Assembly (NCBI GenBank): GCA_904063045.1
Contig: CAJFCJ010000003.1
Location: 124,001 to 188,000 of the forward strand
DNA length: 64,000 nt
Direction of reading: 5' to 3'
DNA from: Dimorphilus gyrociliatus
Lineage: Eukaryota; Animalia; Annelida
Within the stretch, counting starts at the first letter, position 1; every line of letters starts with the position of its first letter. This document shows positions 1 to 13,800 of this stretch, in pieces. The notes beneath the pieces are model-generated. The model was not told the DNA's origin. It saw nothing but the letters and a program-made list of their open reading frames with translations, and made no database searches. Made by a program: the position numbers and the translations under genes.

Positions 1-163
1 GTTCTGTGTTTTCATTTATCGTATCTTCTTTCACGTTTTCGTATTTTCGCTCATTAGAGTAGCGAGATTGTTTTTTAATACTTTGTCTTTTATTTAACCT
101 GTTTTTAACAAATCCCTCTTAATAATCCAAACCTCTAACTCGCTCTGTTTCCGACCATGCCAG

Positions 164-912
164 CTTAAACAAGATTTAGAAGACAGGATATCCTCTTTAC
201 GCAACGTACTGTCGCAAAGGGACAGAGAAGTTCACGAGTTACGCAAACAATGTTCCAAGCTCGAGGCGGAAATTGGTACTTTGAAAAAGGAGGCTGACCC
301 CGGTTCTATAGCTGCTTTTAAGAAGGTTATTGCAGATAAAGAGAGGCAAATTGAAGATTTAAAACGTACAAAAGACGAAGATAGAAATGAAAAGAATTGC
401 GATACAAGTGAAAAAAGATTTAATGAAATTTTATTAGAAAAAGAAAATCTAGCTACAGAAGTATATAGGCTTAAAAAAGAATTAAAAGAAGGATCTATAA
501 ACTCATACCAAGAAGATAGATTAAGTAAGTATAAACAATGCAGTGTTAATATAATGGGGCATATCAATGGCAGTGTGTGCATATATACAGTTCATATACT
601 CGTATATATGTATGTAAGTGTATACTGTATAGGCATAAATGTCTAATTATAAATACTGTATAAATGTATATATAAGCAAACTATAGATTTGTACATAGGT
701 GTACATAAGAAAAAGAGAGTTAAAAAGAGTAAAAATACTGTATATATACAGAATATCTAGCGATATAAACATAGCAAGAATACCTATTTACTAGGTCATC
801 ATTTTTTTTAAATAATTGACATAACACGTCTAAATAATAAAAAATAAAATAGATAAAATTATCTCTTAAACTGTGCGTGTGTGGTTTCTTCAAATGTATA
901 AATATTTCATGC

Positions 913-957
<45 letters not shown>

Positions 958-1219
958 CTATCCTCCGCAAAATGCACCTGCCCGTATATATAAAAATGAA
1001 TAAACGACTGAATGAGTGAGCGAGAGAAAAACTTTAGCCAAATCGACATTTCATTACTTATTTGCATAAAGTATTTAATTATTATAGACCTATTTTTCTT
1101 TAATTTTATTTCCTATTCATAATTTCTTTATGATCTATTATTAGCAAATTTACGTTAGAAAGATCTAGTAATAAAAGAAATGGTGTTGAATTCTCTCTTA
1201 AGCAAATAATAAAAAAAAG

Positions 1220-1260
<41 letters not shown>

Positions 1261-4200
1261 AAGAAAGAAAGAAAAAAGATTATAGAGAATTTTAATTAAA
1301 TAAATTTTACACATGATGCTATATTGCTTTTTCTTATAGAAGAATCGGAAAATGACTTGGAAATTGCTCAGAATACGATTATTGCGGCGAGAAATGAGAT
1401 CAAAGAACTACAAGATAAATTATATTCGGTTAATGATTGTTTAAAAACGTTAGAAAATGAAAAAGATGATTTACGAAAAAAGAATAATTTATTAAAAGAA
1501 GAAGTCGATAGTATTCGATCGGAAAACGATGCTTTCCAGAGAAAAACTCCAATAATCGCTCACGATGTTAATGTAACTTCGTGCATTAAGGAAATTGATG
1601 ATTTAAGAACAGCTTTAAAGAATTTAAGGGCAAAAAATCACGAATTAGTAGAAGATAATATTCAATTATGTAATACGATAAAAGATATGCAAAGGTGTAG
1701 ATTTCTATCTTCAGGTAAGTTGTCAATATATAGCCGGATTTCATTTATTTCTCTCTCTCTCTGTCTCTCTCTTCTTTTGTTCGCTTTCTCATTCTCTTAT
1801 TATATTCAATTCTTGAACATATTGTGTATAAATAGTGCTATAATCTTCTTAAAACAACAAACTAGAACAAAGAAAATGATTGAAGCTTCTGTTTTCTGTT
1901 AACATTTCTCTCTTTCTCTCTTTCTTTCTTTCGTTCTTTCCATCCATCCTTCCTTTTCGTGTTAACTCCTTTCGCATTGCTAATTTTTAATTTTTAACAC
2001 AACTTTCTCTTATCCATTCAGAAACTTCCAATGATGATTTAGGCTTGACTAGCCGCTATTCAGCTTGTAGTGATTATGATTTTAACGATTTTGGCGTGGT
2101 TCAAAGGTCGAGGTCATTTGGTACTATTAACGGTGACGGTATATATCCTTATCTTTTATATATGTTTTTTAAGGAATTTTGTATTATATTTACAAGTTGA
2201 AAACGAGGCAAATTTTCATCCATCGTTTTTTCTTTATATTTCTTTCTTTCACTCCAAATGGCATCGATGTTATCAACGCCACCTGAATTTAATACCGTAC
2301 CTAATTAATTCTAGGGAGACAAAAAAAACGGAAGGCTAAAGGGGTATTATAGGGGGATGATGAGCAGAGGGGTATTAGCGTGGTAGAGAACAAACAAAAA
2401 CATACACTCACACACACGCGCGCGAGAAGGAAAGAAGGCAATACATAGATAGTTAGATAGATAGGAGAGAGAATAGAAAGAAAGAAATCAAAACTTGAAC
2501 AAAAAAGAAATTTTTTATCCTTTGTCCTTTTACTTATGCCTTTAAAGAAATCGAAGGAAAATTAGGCATATCCTATTAGAGCCTTGAACTAAATGAGGTT
2601 CTTTTGATCTGTTTAAAAGTAGAGGTGAAAAATCAATGGATTACTCTTTATTTTATTTTCTCTATTACTTTTGTAATGAAATATTTCAATTTAAAAGGAA
2701 AAAAGTTTGTTAATAAAATAAAAAAAGGAACTATGAGAGAGAGAGAGAGAAAGGGGGAAGAGAACAAAAAGTGGGAGCGAAACTATTAAATATAATAGAA
2801 AATATTGCACTGATAGGGGGAAATCAATAAGACTTTATAGAAGACAAACTATGGAAAATTACCACCTTTTTTTGTCTATTACTATTAGATTTAATTATGT
2901 AGATTCTTGATTGACATAATTGATGTTTATATATGAAAAGTTTATTACCAATTAATTAATTAATTTAGTTTGCGTTGTGTTAAAGAACCGAATAGAGAGA
3001 GAGAGAGAGAGAGACAGAGAGAGACAGATAGACAACCAGACAGAGAGAAGGATTACTTTTGTTTTTAGCAACTCCTCTTTTTCTTTTCCTCAAAAAAATA
3101 ATTCAAGTTCAATCGACTATTTGAGTTCTTTTTAGGAAAAAAACTTTAAGGCTTTTAATCTCTGTAAACGAATTCTAACGAAAATGTTTGTTTAATCAAC
3201 AGCCGATACAAAGGAGCCAAAATTGAATGGAAAGGAAAAATGGCATTCTGAAAGGCAAATTGAAAGGAAGATTAGGGAAAATCGTTAGTATTTAATTTAC
3301 GATTATAAATCCCTTTAATCTAACTTGCCTTCCCCACCTTTTTTTTTTACATTACTTTTGTTCATGCTCTTTCACTTTTTCTCTTTGCTTTTTGTCTCTT
3401 CTAGTACCCGAATACAAGCCAATGTCGAAGAGACAACCTGACATCGTTACAGATGTTCTAGACGATGTTGAAGCGGCTGAAACAATCGAAAATCAATCGA
3501 GTATTGAACATGTTCAAGAGGACAAGGCGCCATCTACTAGACCGGCTTCCACGAATAATTCTTGTATATCTGACGAATGGACGCCACCTAGAGGAAAGAC
3601 GAGAAAAATGGATTACCCCGAGTTCAAAGAGAATTCCAACTTGAGGGGAACGAATCAGATTCAAACGATTGATGTTCAAATGACAGACGACAGAAGGCGG
3701 CACTCGCGTCAGAATTCGTTCAATAGCGATAGCACCGATATAATATTGGACGCAGCTCAACAGGTGTCCTTCCAATCGTCTCTAGTGGATACAAATATGG
3801 CACCCGAGCAAATAATTGAGTGTAAGTAGATTTGTTCAGCGAATGCAAATTGTAAAAGTCTTATCGCTGAAGATGAATTATACTAGATAACAGACAGGAA
3901 ATGTTGGTTCGAAATAGGTACAAAATAGGCAAAACAATTCTGTCCTTTGTTCTTTTCCTCTAGACCGTAAAAGGGGTAAATGTCAACTTGAGCTTGCTTT
4001 AATACAGCACGAAGGTAAATGCTCCAATACATTGTATGGTATATAACAGTATTGGTTAATCAGGCGGAAAAAATCTCAGACAAAGAGCAAGCGCGTAAGA
4101 GAGGATTTTAGGGAGAGAGGGAGAGAGGGAGGAAAGGACGGAAGGAAGAGATAATGATATAGAGATAGAGAGAAAGTGTGAGCGACGTAGAGAAAGGTAG

Positions 4201-4754
4201 TAGAGGCTATAAGTAATTTGTTTTCTTTGGTCTAGAAAACGATTTAGTGTTCAAAAGTAGTAATTATATAATGGGGTATGATCGATAGACGGTAGAAAGA
4301 ATGAGTAGAGAAGAGAGAGAGAGAGAGAGTGAACAAGTGAGGGAAAGAATTAAGAATAAATAAATACATTATATGTTTAACAGATTCTCCTCCTGAATCG
4401 CCTTCAACATTAAGGACAACTCCAATTCCGACTCAACACAATAAACATTTGTACAAACCACCAACAAACAACTTATCAACCTTTTCAAAACGCCCTTTCG
4501 CTCCCCGATCACCGGCGGATATTCATATCGACGACGTTGTTAAATTCACAAGAAATGGTGGTAAAATTTCTCGAGGCCTGGTAAAATTTATTGGCCACTT
4601 ACCAGGCAAAAATGATGTCTATTTAGGGGTAGAATTAGAAAAGGAAGAAGGACGACACGATGGTATTTTTCAAGGACACCGTTTTTTTAATTGTAAACCA
4701 AAAAAAGGAGTATTCGTAGCTTTTTCTAAAGTCATATTAGCCTGGGGATTGTAG
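164..4754 (+). CDS. Coiled-coil protein with C-terminal CAP-Gly domain (microtubule/+TIP-type); 5' part lies upstream of the window
   Basis: Phase-consistent GT-AG exons 164-524, 1340-1714, 2022-2138, 3203-3283, 3405-3821 and 4384-4754 (all internal introns phase 1). The first two exons encode heptad-rich coiled coil. The last exon encodes a CAP-Gly fold (VKFIGHLPGKNDVYLGVELEKEEGRHDGIFQGHRFFNCKPKKGVFV) ending at TAG 4752-4754. The first exon starts at an acceptor, so the ATG is outside the window. Confidence 0.85.
1224..1272. repeat. (AG)n-(AAAG)n microsatellite
   Basis: Direct reading; representative of dozens of (GA)n/(CT)n tracts in the window. Confidence 0.95.
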
Positions 4755-6689
4755 AAGGATTTCATAGTGTTTTTTGTTTGTTTATTTTTTTTTTTTTAAA
4801 AAAAAAGAAAAGGAAATATCTTAATATAAAATATATATAAACCAATATAATTTATACGCAGTATATAATAAAAATATGTCTTTTTACTGAATTTTTTCCA
4901 ATGTTTCTTTCTTTTTTTTATCATTTCAATAAAAAAGAATTTACGAAAAGAAAAACGAATCCAACTTTCTTTCTCTTTTTAGACAGTTTTATTTCTTTTT
5001 TTTTTTCAAACTAAAAATCAATTATAAATAGGCCTATATATAAATTTATATACATATATAAGTTATATAACTTGTATAAATGACTTGGTTAAACATACAA
5101 AAAAAACATATATAAAGAAGCGTTATCAATAATATGTATAAATGGTTTATGCATAATTATATAAGATACATGCATACATACATAAATACATAACATATAT
5201 ATATATATATATATATATTGCACAAAGCCTGCAAAATTTCACAGAATGAATTATATATATATATATATTAAATCTGTTTTGTTTTTTCGTCGACAGATAG
5301 ATGGCGACACTTGTGTTTTTCTAATTCAATTCTTTTTTTATTTCTATACATCTTTTGAGACATGTTCCTCCAAATGACAACATTTAAGAATAAGAGAATA
5401 GAATGTAACGTATAAATAATATGCATGTATAAATTAACGATAGATAGATAGATAGATAAATAAATAAATAATCTGTACACCATATAGCACAAGGCAGGTC
5501 GTCTCTTTCTTTCAAATAAATATTCATTCGTTCATTCATTCGTATTCTTAAGAAAATAACAGATTCGACGATATAAACTGAAAAGTAAACTGGTAAATTT
5601 TTTAACATGAATTATAAGAATAGAAAGAAAAGAGGCACGTTTTAATTTGTTCAACATTCATTCATTCATTCATTCATTAAATCTTTCATTCAGTCCAGCT
5701 CTCAATCATTCATCTTTCATTCCGATAAGATTATTTTCTGTACAATTTTGACTAGATTCCTCACTCGAATTCTTTTTCTTCTTCTTCTTCTTCTTCAACA
5801 TTTTATACAGTATATATATATATATATAGATTATAGATATAGATATTATGTCGTTAAAACGAACATCTGGAATGTATAAATAGTACGTCTTTCGTATACT
5901 AATCTAATTGTTTATATACACAAATATGGCAGATTTCAGTTGTCTTATAAATAGAAATTTAAAGTGACTTACTGACTGAATAATTAAAGAAATAAATTAA
6001 TGATAAATGACGTAATAATAACGTTTTCCAGGATAAGATAAAACCTTCATTACAAATTTAGTATAATATAAAATAATATAATTTTCCTCTCACGACCGCC
6101 ATGTTGGATTTCGAATTTCCCTTCACAGTCCTTCTAGCTAGCTGTATGTGCTTTTCGTAGTATTTATTACACTTTTCTCCTCTCCAAGAATTCATCATCT
6201 TTCTTCTCCGTGTAAAATCTGCACGATTTCATCTTTCTTTCTCTATCGCTCATCTTTTCCATTCAATTCATTTTTGTCGATTGTTGATTTTACCGATTCG
6301 GCTATTTCTCTCGTTTCTCTTATCTTTGCTCTAGATTGGAAAGGAGTAGAGGAAGAAAAAGGGAAAAATTAGGTTAACAATTCTAGTTCTTTGTAATAAT
6401 TAAAAACAATTCCATTGAAACGTTTCTTTCATTTTTCTCTTGCTTTTCATTCAAACAAAAATTGAAAAGAAAAATTGAAAGAAATGTCTTTCGGCTTTGT
6501 TTCATACCTCGATCAATGCGTCAGCTCCTTCTACATAAATTAATCGATGACGCCTACTGCAAAAATTTTGCAGTTTTTCTTATTGATTAGTTTTTTCATC
6601 AGCATGTTTACTAGTTTTTTTTTCTCTCAACATCAATCTCTCTTCTGTAGTAGATTTTCGTCTTTTCTATTCAAGCGTCATTTCCCGTT

Positions 6690-6900
6690 GTAGACGGTGA
6701 GGAAAGCTTCGACCGTCCAACACGACGGCCGAGAGAGGAATAAAAGTGGCAGCTGTGACGTCCTTTGTCGTCGAATTCTAGAACGATTTGTGCGCATGCG
6801 CAATTCATGAATATGAACGAGCACCTGCCACGCGACTTCTAGAGGAGTGGTTTCAAGGCGGGGTTCGCTGATGTAACAGTCGCGTGCCCGACAATTATTA
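6690..6900. promoter_or_regulatory. CpG-rich promoter-like patch with perfect NRF1/EWG-type palindrome
   Basis: TGCGCATGCGCA at 6791-6802 and many CpGs in an otherwise AT-rich intergenic region. The target gene is unresolved. Confidence 0.45.
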
Positions 6901-9589
6901 CGTAAAAAATTTAACTAAAATTATGGATCAATACCGTAATCGCTTATTCAAAGGTTCAATTTGAGATTTGAACATCATTAACTGTTGTTACATTTATATC
7001 TAATTAAACTAATACTATTGAAATGGGGGAAAGAAAGAACGAGACAAAAGATCTGCCCCCGCACACTTTTTTTTTTTTATTTCTGTCGCTCCCCCCTCAT
7101 ATCTCTCTCTCTCTCTCTCTCTCTCTCTCCTTTCTACTAACCCTACTTTCCTGTCCCCCAGGAAATTTTACGATATTGTTCAACTAGCGTTCTTTGTGCT
7201 CTTTGTTTAACATTTAAATAGTCTATAACAAGGACATTTATTTTGAACACAATGATGTCAAAAATAGAATTTTCCAATTGAACAAAGACCATTCAGATGT
7301 TCTTGTTCATGCGGATGCTGGCGGTTTATCTTTTTCTTACCGTATGTTTTACGAATTGAAGAGATAATTATTTAACTTTCAGATAAAATAAAAACTTTAA
7401 TGAATAATTGAAAAGTTAATATCCTTTCCATTTTTTCAACAATAAACCGTTCTTTGCCTCGATTAATGTTTTCTTTTCTTCTCTTCTTCTCTTTTGATGA
7501 ACATGTTTAATTACTTCTATTGAAAAACGTTCTTATTTTCAGTAATTTTCTTTCGCTTTATCCCCAATCCTTCGCTCTCCTACACTTATTCACCTACTTA
7601 TATACTCATTAAGTCGCTGCTTTCATTCCCTCTTTCTCCCTCTCTTTCTCTTTCTTTTAGAAACAACTATCTAAGAAGAGTATTTGTTTACATATATCTA
7701 TCTATCTACACATCTACCTACCAATTTCTTTGTAACCAGAGCAGTGAACGATAAAAAAGAAAAATCTCTTAAAAAATTTACGAGTATAAAGGTTAAAAAG
7801 AAAAAAAATAGGTGATGGGAGTGAGGAGGTGGGGGGTGTGGGAGGGAAATTACGAAATCCTATAACATCTGTTCAACCATCAGAAACAAGGAAAGAGGAA
7901 TCTTTATTCTTTTTTAACGACCTTTATTCAGATGTTTCATAATAGAGCGTGTTATGTGTTGGTTAACAGAGGGGGAGAGAGAGAGAAGGGGAAAAAGAGA
8001 AATAGAATTAATTTAGTAATACGGGTCTGATATAAATTTATACTGCTGAATAATTATACTAAAGTAAAAATGTATAGGTCTGCTATCATTCATTTCTTCT
8101 CTCTCTCTCTCTCTCTTTCTCAAATATTTGAATATTTTTTTAAATGATTCTCTGTTAAAAAACGTTCAAAAAAAGTGACGTCCTGAAAGGAGAAAGAGAA
8201 AAAGATTTTTCATAACGGGAAGAAACAAGAGCGAAATTTTGTAAGATTTCAGCAAAACCCTACATGTTTAAAACAATATAGGAATAATAAGGTTCTAATA
8301 AGGATTCTCTTCACGAACAACTTTTAGACCTAAGGCTATTTATAGCACACTAATACGGCGTTTAAACGTAACGCAAACGACGGAGGAGGGTGGAAGGGCG
8401 AAAGAGGGGCGGAGTGTACTTTTCAAGAATATTAACGCGTTAAAATTTATGAGGTTCGTTAAATAATTTATGGTTTTTTTTTTACTTTTGTTTTTTTAAA
8501 GAAATTTCAAAGTTAATTCTTGCAAAATGAAAGAAAAACAGCTAATTTATTCTCTTTTATATACCACGTGCCATAAATTTTAATCGTGATTTTTCGCCCG
8601 CTCTACGCATTATTTATCGTTAGATGTCGTTACGCACTCGATAGTGGTGCTACCTACAGCCAAAACGGGAAATACACAAACTATTATACGCTTAAGCTTC
8701 TCCGCTAAATTAAATATGAATCTTTTATAATAAAAATAAAAAGAGGGGAAGAAGAATTTTTCCTTTTTCTTCTTCTCTTTATATGGGAAAAAATATCGAA
8801 GTGAAACCATTGTGTGTCGAATTGTATTAGTTTGTTCTGGTTGAAGGAAGAGGGCAAGTAAGGGGGGAAGGAAGGAAGGACGGGCGGACGAACTGATAGG
8901 TGAATGTGTTTGAGAGTGAATATGACTAGTATATGGGAGTTCTTATTTACTAAATGACATTTATTCCCACGGCAATAGACTTGATGAAAACGCAAAACTA
9001 TTTCTGACTGTCCTCATTACGTTGATATACACTGTGTGTCAAGAAGGAATTAAGGATAGAGGAAAAGGTGTCTACTCTTCCCTTTTTTCATTCGATTGTC
9101 ATTTATTTCATCAAAACCTACGGTATACATTTTCATTGTTCCCGTTTCATTCTTCCAACTCGTCTTTTCCTCTCCTTTTTAATTAATCGAAATATAGAAA
9201 ACTGTACGAAGGAATATAAGAATAAAGATAGAATTGTTTTCCCTAGCCCTTGCTCCTTCTCTCCTAAACTCAATTATCGCTTTAATTAAACGAGGAAAGC
9301 TTGATTGGAGGAGAGAGAGAGAGAGAGAGAGTAGATTTTAAAAAACGGTAGAAAGAACTGGAGCTCTAGCTAATAATGAGAATATTTAAATATAAAGAGA
9401 GATACGTAGAGACTGGCAACGTTTTACAACTTTATCAATAGAGAATTCTTTGATTAGCCTAAGTATCAACCGTTATGAAATCAGAGACAGATTATCATCT
9501 CTCCCCTTTCCTATTTAATATTTTCATTAGCAACATTAATAATAAATTTCATATTCTTAGGACAACGTCCTACATAAAGGCCTACACCA

Positions 9590-9656
9590 ATGGGAAAAGG
9601 CGCATGGAAGGATGTCCTGATTTGGCTATCACTTGTTGATATTTTAGAAGGAATAG
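9590..9656 (+). CDS. Candidate alternative first coding exon of the carotenoid oxygenase (MGKGAWKDVLIWLSLVDILEGI-G)
   Basis: ATG at 9590 is preceded by an in-frame stop. The exon has 67 coding nt ending in G|GTAA, the same length and phase as exon 10089-10155, and shares M1, K3, W6, K7 and E20 with it. An upstream AG acceptor lies at 9559-9560. Confidence 0.45.
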
Positions 9657-9820
9657 GTAATGTAGCAGGTATTTATACAAGTTTAATTGTATATAAGCCT
9701 ATATATAAGGAAACAATATCACATGTTTAATGACATTTACCATCATTTTACATGCAAGAATTAGACAAAAAATGAAAAGAAGAGAGGAAGGAAAAAAGAG
9801 TGAGAGAGAGAAAAAAAAGG

Positions 9821-9869
<49 letters not shown>

Positions 9870-10020
9870 AGTTAGCAAAAAACAAATATAATAACGTTAA
9901 GTAATAGTAATTAAGTGAAATGAAAAAATCATAATATTCATGAATTTGTAATCCTTATGTTCTATTGTTTCCGATGAAATCAATAATATATCCTAGCGTC
10001 GCAAAATCGATTCGACCGAT

Positions 10021-10039
10021 TAGCCACTAGGGGACGCCA
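10021..10039 (+). promoter_or_regulatory. CTCF-like motif immediately upstream of the carotenoid oxygenase start codon
   Basis: TAGCCACTAGGGGACGCCA matches the CTCF consensus TGGCCACYAGGGGGCGCYA at 17 of 19 positions, 50 bp upstream of ATG 10089. Confidence 0.5.
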
Positions 10040-10088
10040 TCAATCTCAGGCGTTTTTCCCTATCCAGTAACGCAGTCAGTCTGAAACC

Positions 10089-12670
10089 ATGTACAAATAC
10101 TTTTGGAAGCCATTAGAAAAGGACCAACGGGATGCTGTGGAATGTGAAGTAAGAGGTAAGCATTAAATGTATGCAACAACAATTGTTAATTAATTAGGCG
10201 ATTTTGTAAAGTTTTCCGGTAAAAACAGTCGTCAATATGTCAAAAAGTGTGTTTACTCTTTGGGTGATAAATAAGAAATTGAACCTATCGCGTTACCTTT
10301 TCTCCTTCTCCTTTCTCTTTTTCCTCTCAACTCATTGGGATAGAGAGAAAGGAGAGAGAAAAAGAATGAAAGAAATGAAACGCATAATTCATCGTATTTA
10401 TTTACTCTTCTCTTCATGTTCTTAGAGCATTCTTAAAACTCTCTTCATATACGGTCAAACCGTAGTTATACACTTAACTATATTAACTGTAATTCTGCAA
10501 GGTACAAATATCAGAATTCTATAATACACAGTCATTCAGCGCCAAAGTATTATTGTAAGAATTGAATAAGCAAATAGGCAAACACAAATCTTATTTGGGG
10601 GAGGGGGTTAGGGGTGGTAGATTGGTAGATTGAAGAGAAAAAAAGGGCTGAAAGACGAAGAGGAGCAGTGAGAAAGAAGTAAAGAAAGATACACGAAAGG
10701 AGAATGAGGGATAGAGAGACATTTCACGAATAGATTGGGAATGAGAGAGAGAGAGAGATAAATATAGGGGAGACTATCAATTTTCTTCGTTCATCTAACC
10801 TTAAAGATACGGATAAATAATCTTGTAAAGTTTAATTTATTTTTATCTATCCTCTTCTCTACTTTTCATTCAAACGGAATGAGCGACAAAAATGCCATTA
10901 CCTTATCATTTCCTTTTACAATATGTTACACGTATGGATTTTATTTTATTCATTATATCTTTTTATACTTTTGTTTTTATATAAAAACAAAAAAGCCTTC
11001 ATATTTTTATAGAAAATTTTTCGCAGAATTATAATAAATAAGAAAAGACTTTTGACCTTGAAGAGTAACCTTTTAGTCCTGGTAGCATTATGAAGGGGAT
11101 GGGAGAGGAGCAAGAGGAGAGGAGGATTACAAGCGAAATATGAAGTTATAATAACTCTTGACACGATATATACCATTTAAGAATTACAGTATTCACAAAT
11201 AAAGAAACGAATAAATATAGACTCTATCTATAAATGAAGGATTTATATTTGAGATAAGCGTACACAATTCTCTTCTAAACTCCAACGTAGAGTGTCCCAT
11301 GCTATTTTTTTTCCCTTCAATAGTCATCTAAAGCATTTCGTTGACTATATAGTGAGTAAAGAGTAAACCAGAGTGTTTTCCGTCTTTCTAAAAAGGTTTT
11401 TCCTTTCAAGTGCAGTACATAGAAATAATATACATATATACTCTATTACACACATGTAGAAACGAGAATGTCTACTTTGACTGTGAAGAGAGAAAGGAGA
11501 TGTATATATATATAGGAGAGGGATAAAGATCCAGTGCCATATGATTTAGGAAGTACATCAAATTGACTTTGGCAGTAGTCTTTTCCCCTCTCCAATCTAT
11601 TGTATTGTTTATCAGCGGGAAGGAATAAAGGGGGAATAAATAAGCGAACGAGTAAACCACAAACAAACAATGGAATGGAAAGACAATGAGAGAAAAAGAT
11701 AAAACAAGTGTGAAAGATCACGTGAAAAAACCAAGTATCCAACAAATAAATCTAAGAATATTAATGCTATTCGCATAAGATAATGAAGATGAATAAAAAG
11801 TTGGATTTAAAGCTTTTCATTTGACTGTTAACCGCTTCGCAGTAGTTAAGGGAATAATGGAATGGCAAAGAGTCTTGACTCATTGCAGAATTATATAGCA
11901 TTAAGAATATGTGACTTGAGTAAAACGAAATTAAAGCATGGTAGTGGCGATGAAGAAAGCTTCGGCATATATGCGAATAGGCTTAAAAAGTGCATAAAAC
12001 TATAGATTATATATGCTGTACAGAGCGATATTCTGTATATATCAGTATATACATATATGGAAATATTTATATATCTGTATATTTATATAATACTATACTA
12101 AATAAATATATACATTTTTGGTGTTATTCCCTGGCGTCATCATAATACAGTTTTTTTTTTCCCTCTTATTTCTTTCGAAAAAAAGGAACCATCCCTTCGT
12201 GGTTAACCGGAACTCTATTCCGCAATGGTCCTGGAAAGTACGAGTTTGGTGAAGAGCAGTATAATCATCTTTTTGATGGAGCTGCTGTTTTGCACAAGTT
12301 CGTCTTCAACGAAGGGAAAGTTATTTATCAAAATCGTCTTCTAGACACGGATACTTATAGGTCTAATATGGCTGCAAATCGTATTGTCATTGGTGAATTT
12401 GGAACAGCTGTCGCTCCGGATCCTTGTAAGAATTTATTAAATCGATATTTTACTCATTTTTCCCGAAAAATGGAACAAACCGACAACACAAATGTAAACG
12501 TTGTGGAATTTTGTGATCAAATATATGCCCTAACCGAAACTCCTTATATGAACCGAATTGACCCAGAAAAATTGGTTGCAACTAAAAAGGTTTTTATCTT
12601 TTATTAAGAACGTATTCATTGCGCAATTAACCGTGACATATGCGGCTCATTAAGAGAGTGTGAGTGACCG

Positions 12671-12704
<34 letters not shown>

Positions 12705-13753
12705 CAACAGATAGAAAAAAGAGAAAACAAAGAGTAAAAGCAAGAGAATATGAGAATTTTAAAGAGCATAAAGTATATTTGCAAGAAAAACAAACAAACA
12801 CCTTGAACAAGTAGATGAATTGTGTTATAATGTACAGGTTAACCTTCACTTAATTCATGAAAGGAATCTATCCTTGTAGATTCATGAATAAAGCATAAAC
12901 GTGTACATAGTTTATTAATTTAAAAGGCCGAATGACCAGTTACATATTTAATATAAAAGTTTTCTATAGTTTCAAACTCTGCTCTGTTATTGAAAAAGCA
13001 ATAACTTGACAGAAATACCTTATTACGTGTGAATCTATCTCTGTTGGATCTCTAAAATAGACACAATCAGATGGGTTACTGAAGAGTTTTCTTCTTTCTC
13101 ATTTTCTTGCTCTCCTTCTCCTTCTTCTTCTCCTTCTTGCCTTTCCTTTTTAATCAAATGGAAATTGCACTGTCTTCTATGACATATTTTATATCCGAAG
13201 ACGTTGTCCAGATAGAAATGACTTGTTGAGAGGAGCTGGATAATAGATTACATCAACTAGATGATGTATAATATATACAGTACAAAGTACTATTGTAAGA
13301 TTAGAACTACGGTGGATTATTCATGCAGTAGATGTATAATTGTCTTTAGATTGTATACTACTGCATATAAGACGAATGAAGGAGAAAAGAAAAGTAACTT
13401 AGTAACATGGAAGGTAAAATAGATAAAAGAAATCAAGTCGTAAAGGAAAAAATTTCCTATAAAAGTAATAAATTAAAGAGTTTTTACCTAATTTATTACC
13501 TCATTAATCTACATTTTGCTTATTTCTCGCTGAATTAAAGTGCAAATAAATTTCCTTAAATTTTCCTTGACTCTTATTGAAAGGCAAAGAAAGGCGGACT
13601 ATTCAATCAAGAAATAAGGTTAATGAGTTTTCCTTAAGGAGTTTAGAAGCTAATTATTTAATGATCGAGCATATGAATATTAATTAAATTTAAAAGAATT
13701 AAAACAGAAAGTGAGTGAGTGAGTGAGTGAGTGAGGGAGGGAGGGAGGGAGTG

Positions 13754-13800
<47 letters not shown>

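Noticed and set aside
232-582. Antisense ORFs such as 232-582, 3458-3775, 24125-24343, 49626-49928, 55777-56335
   Set aside because: Shadow frames opposite real coding exons.
4449-4754. CAP-Gly signature GRHDG instead of GKNDG
   Set aside because: His at this position occurs in known CAP-Gly proteins (e.g. GKHDG in TBCE), so it is within normal family variation.
12176-12185. Unusual A-rich acceptor (TTTCGAAAAAAAG|) for oxygenase exon 2
   Set aside because: Still a canonical AG with a long pyrimidine tract just upstream and the correct phase; treated as ordinary.
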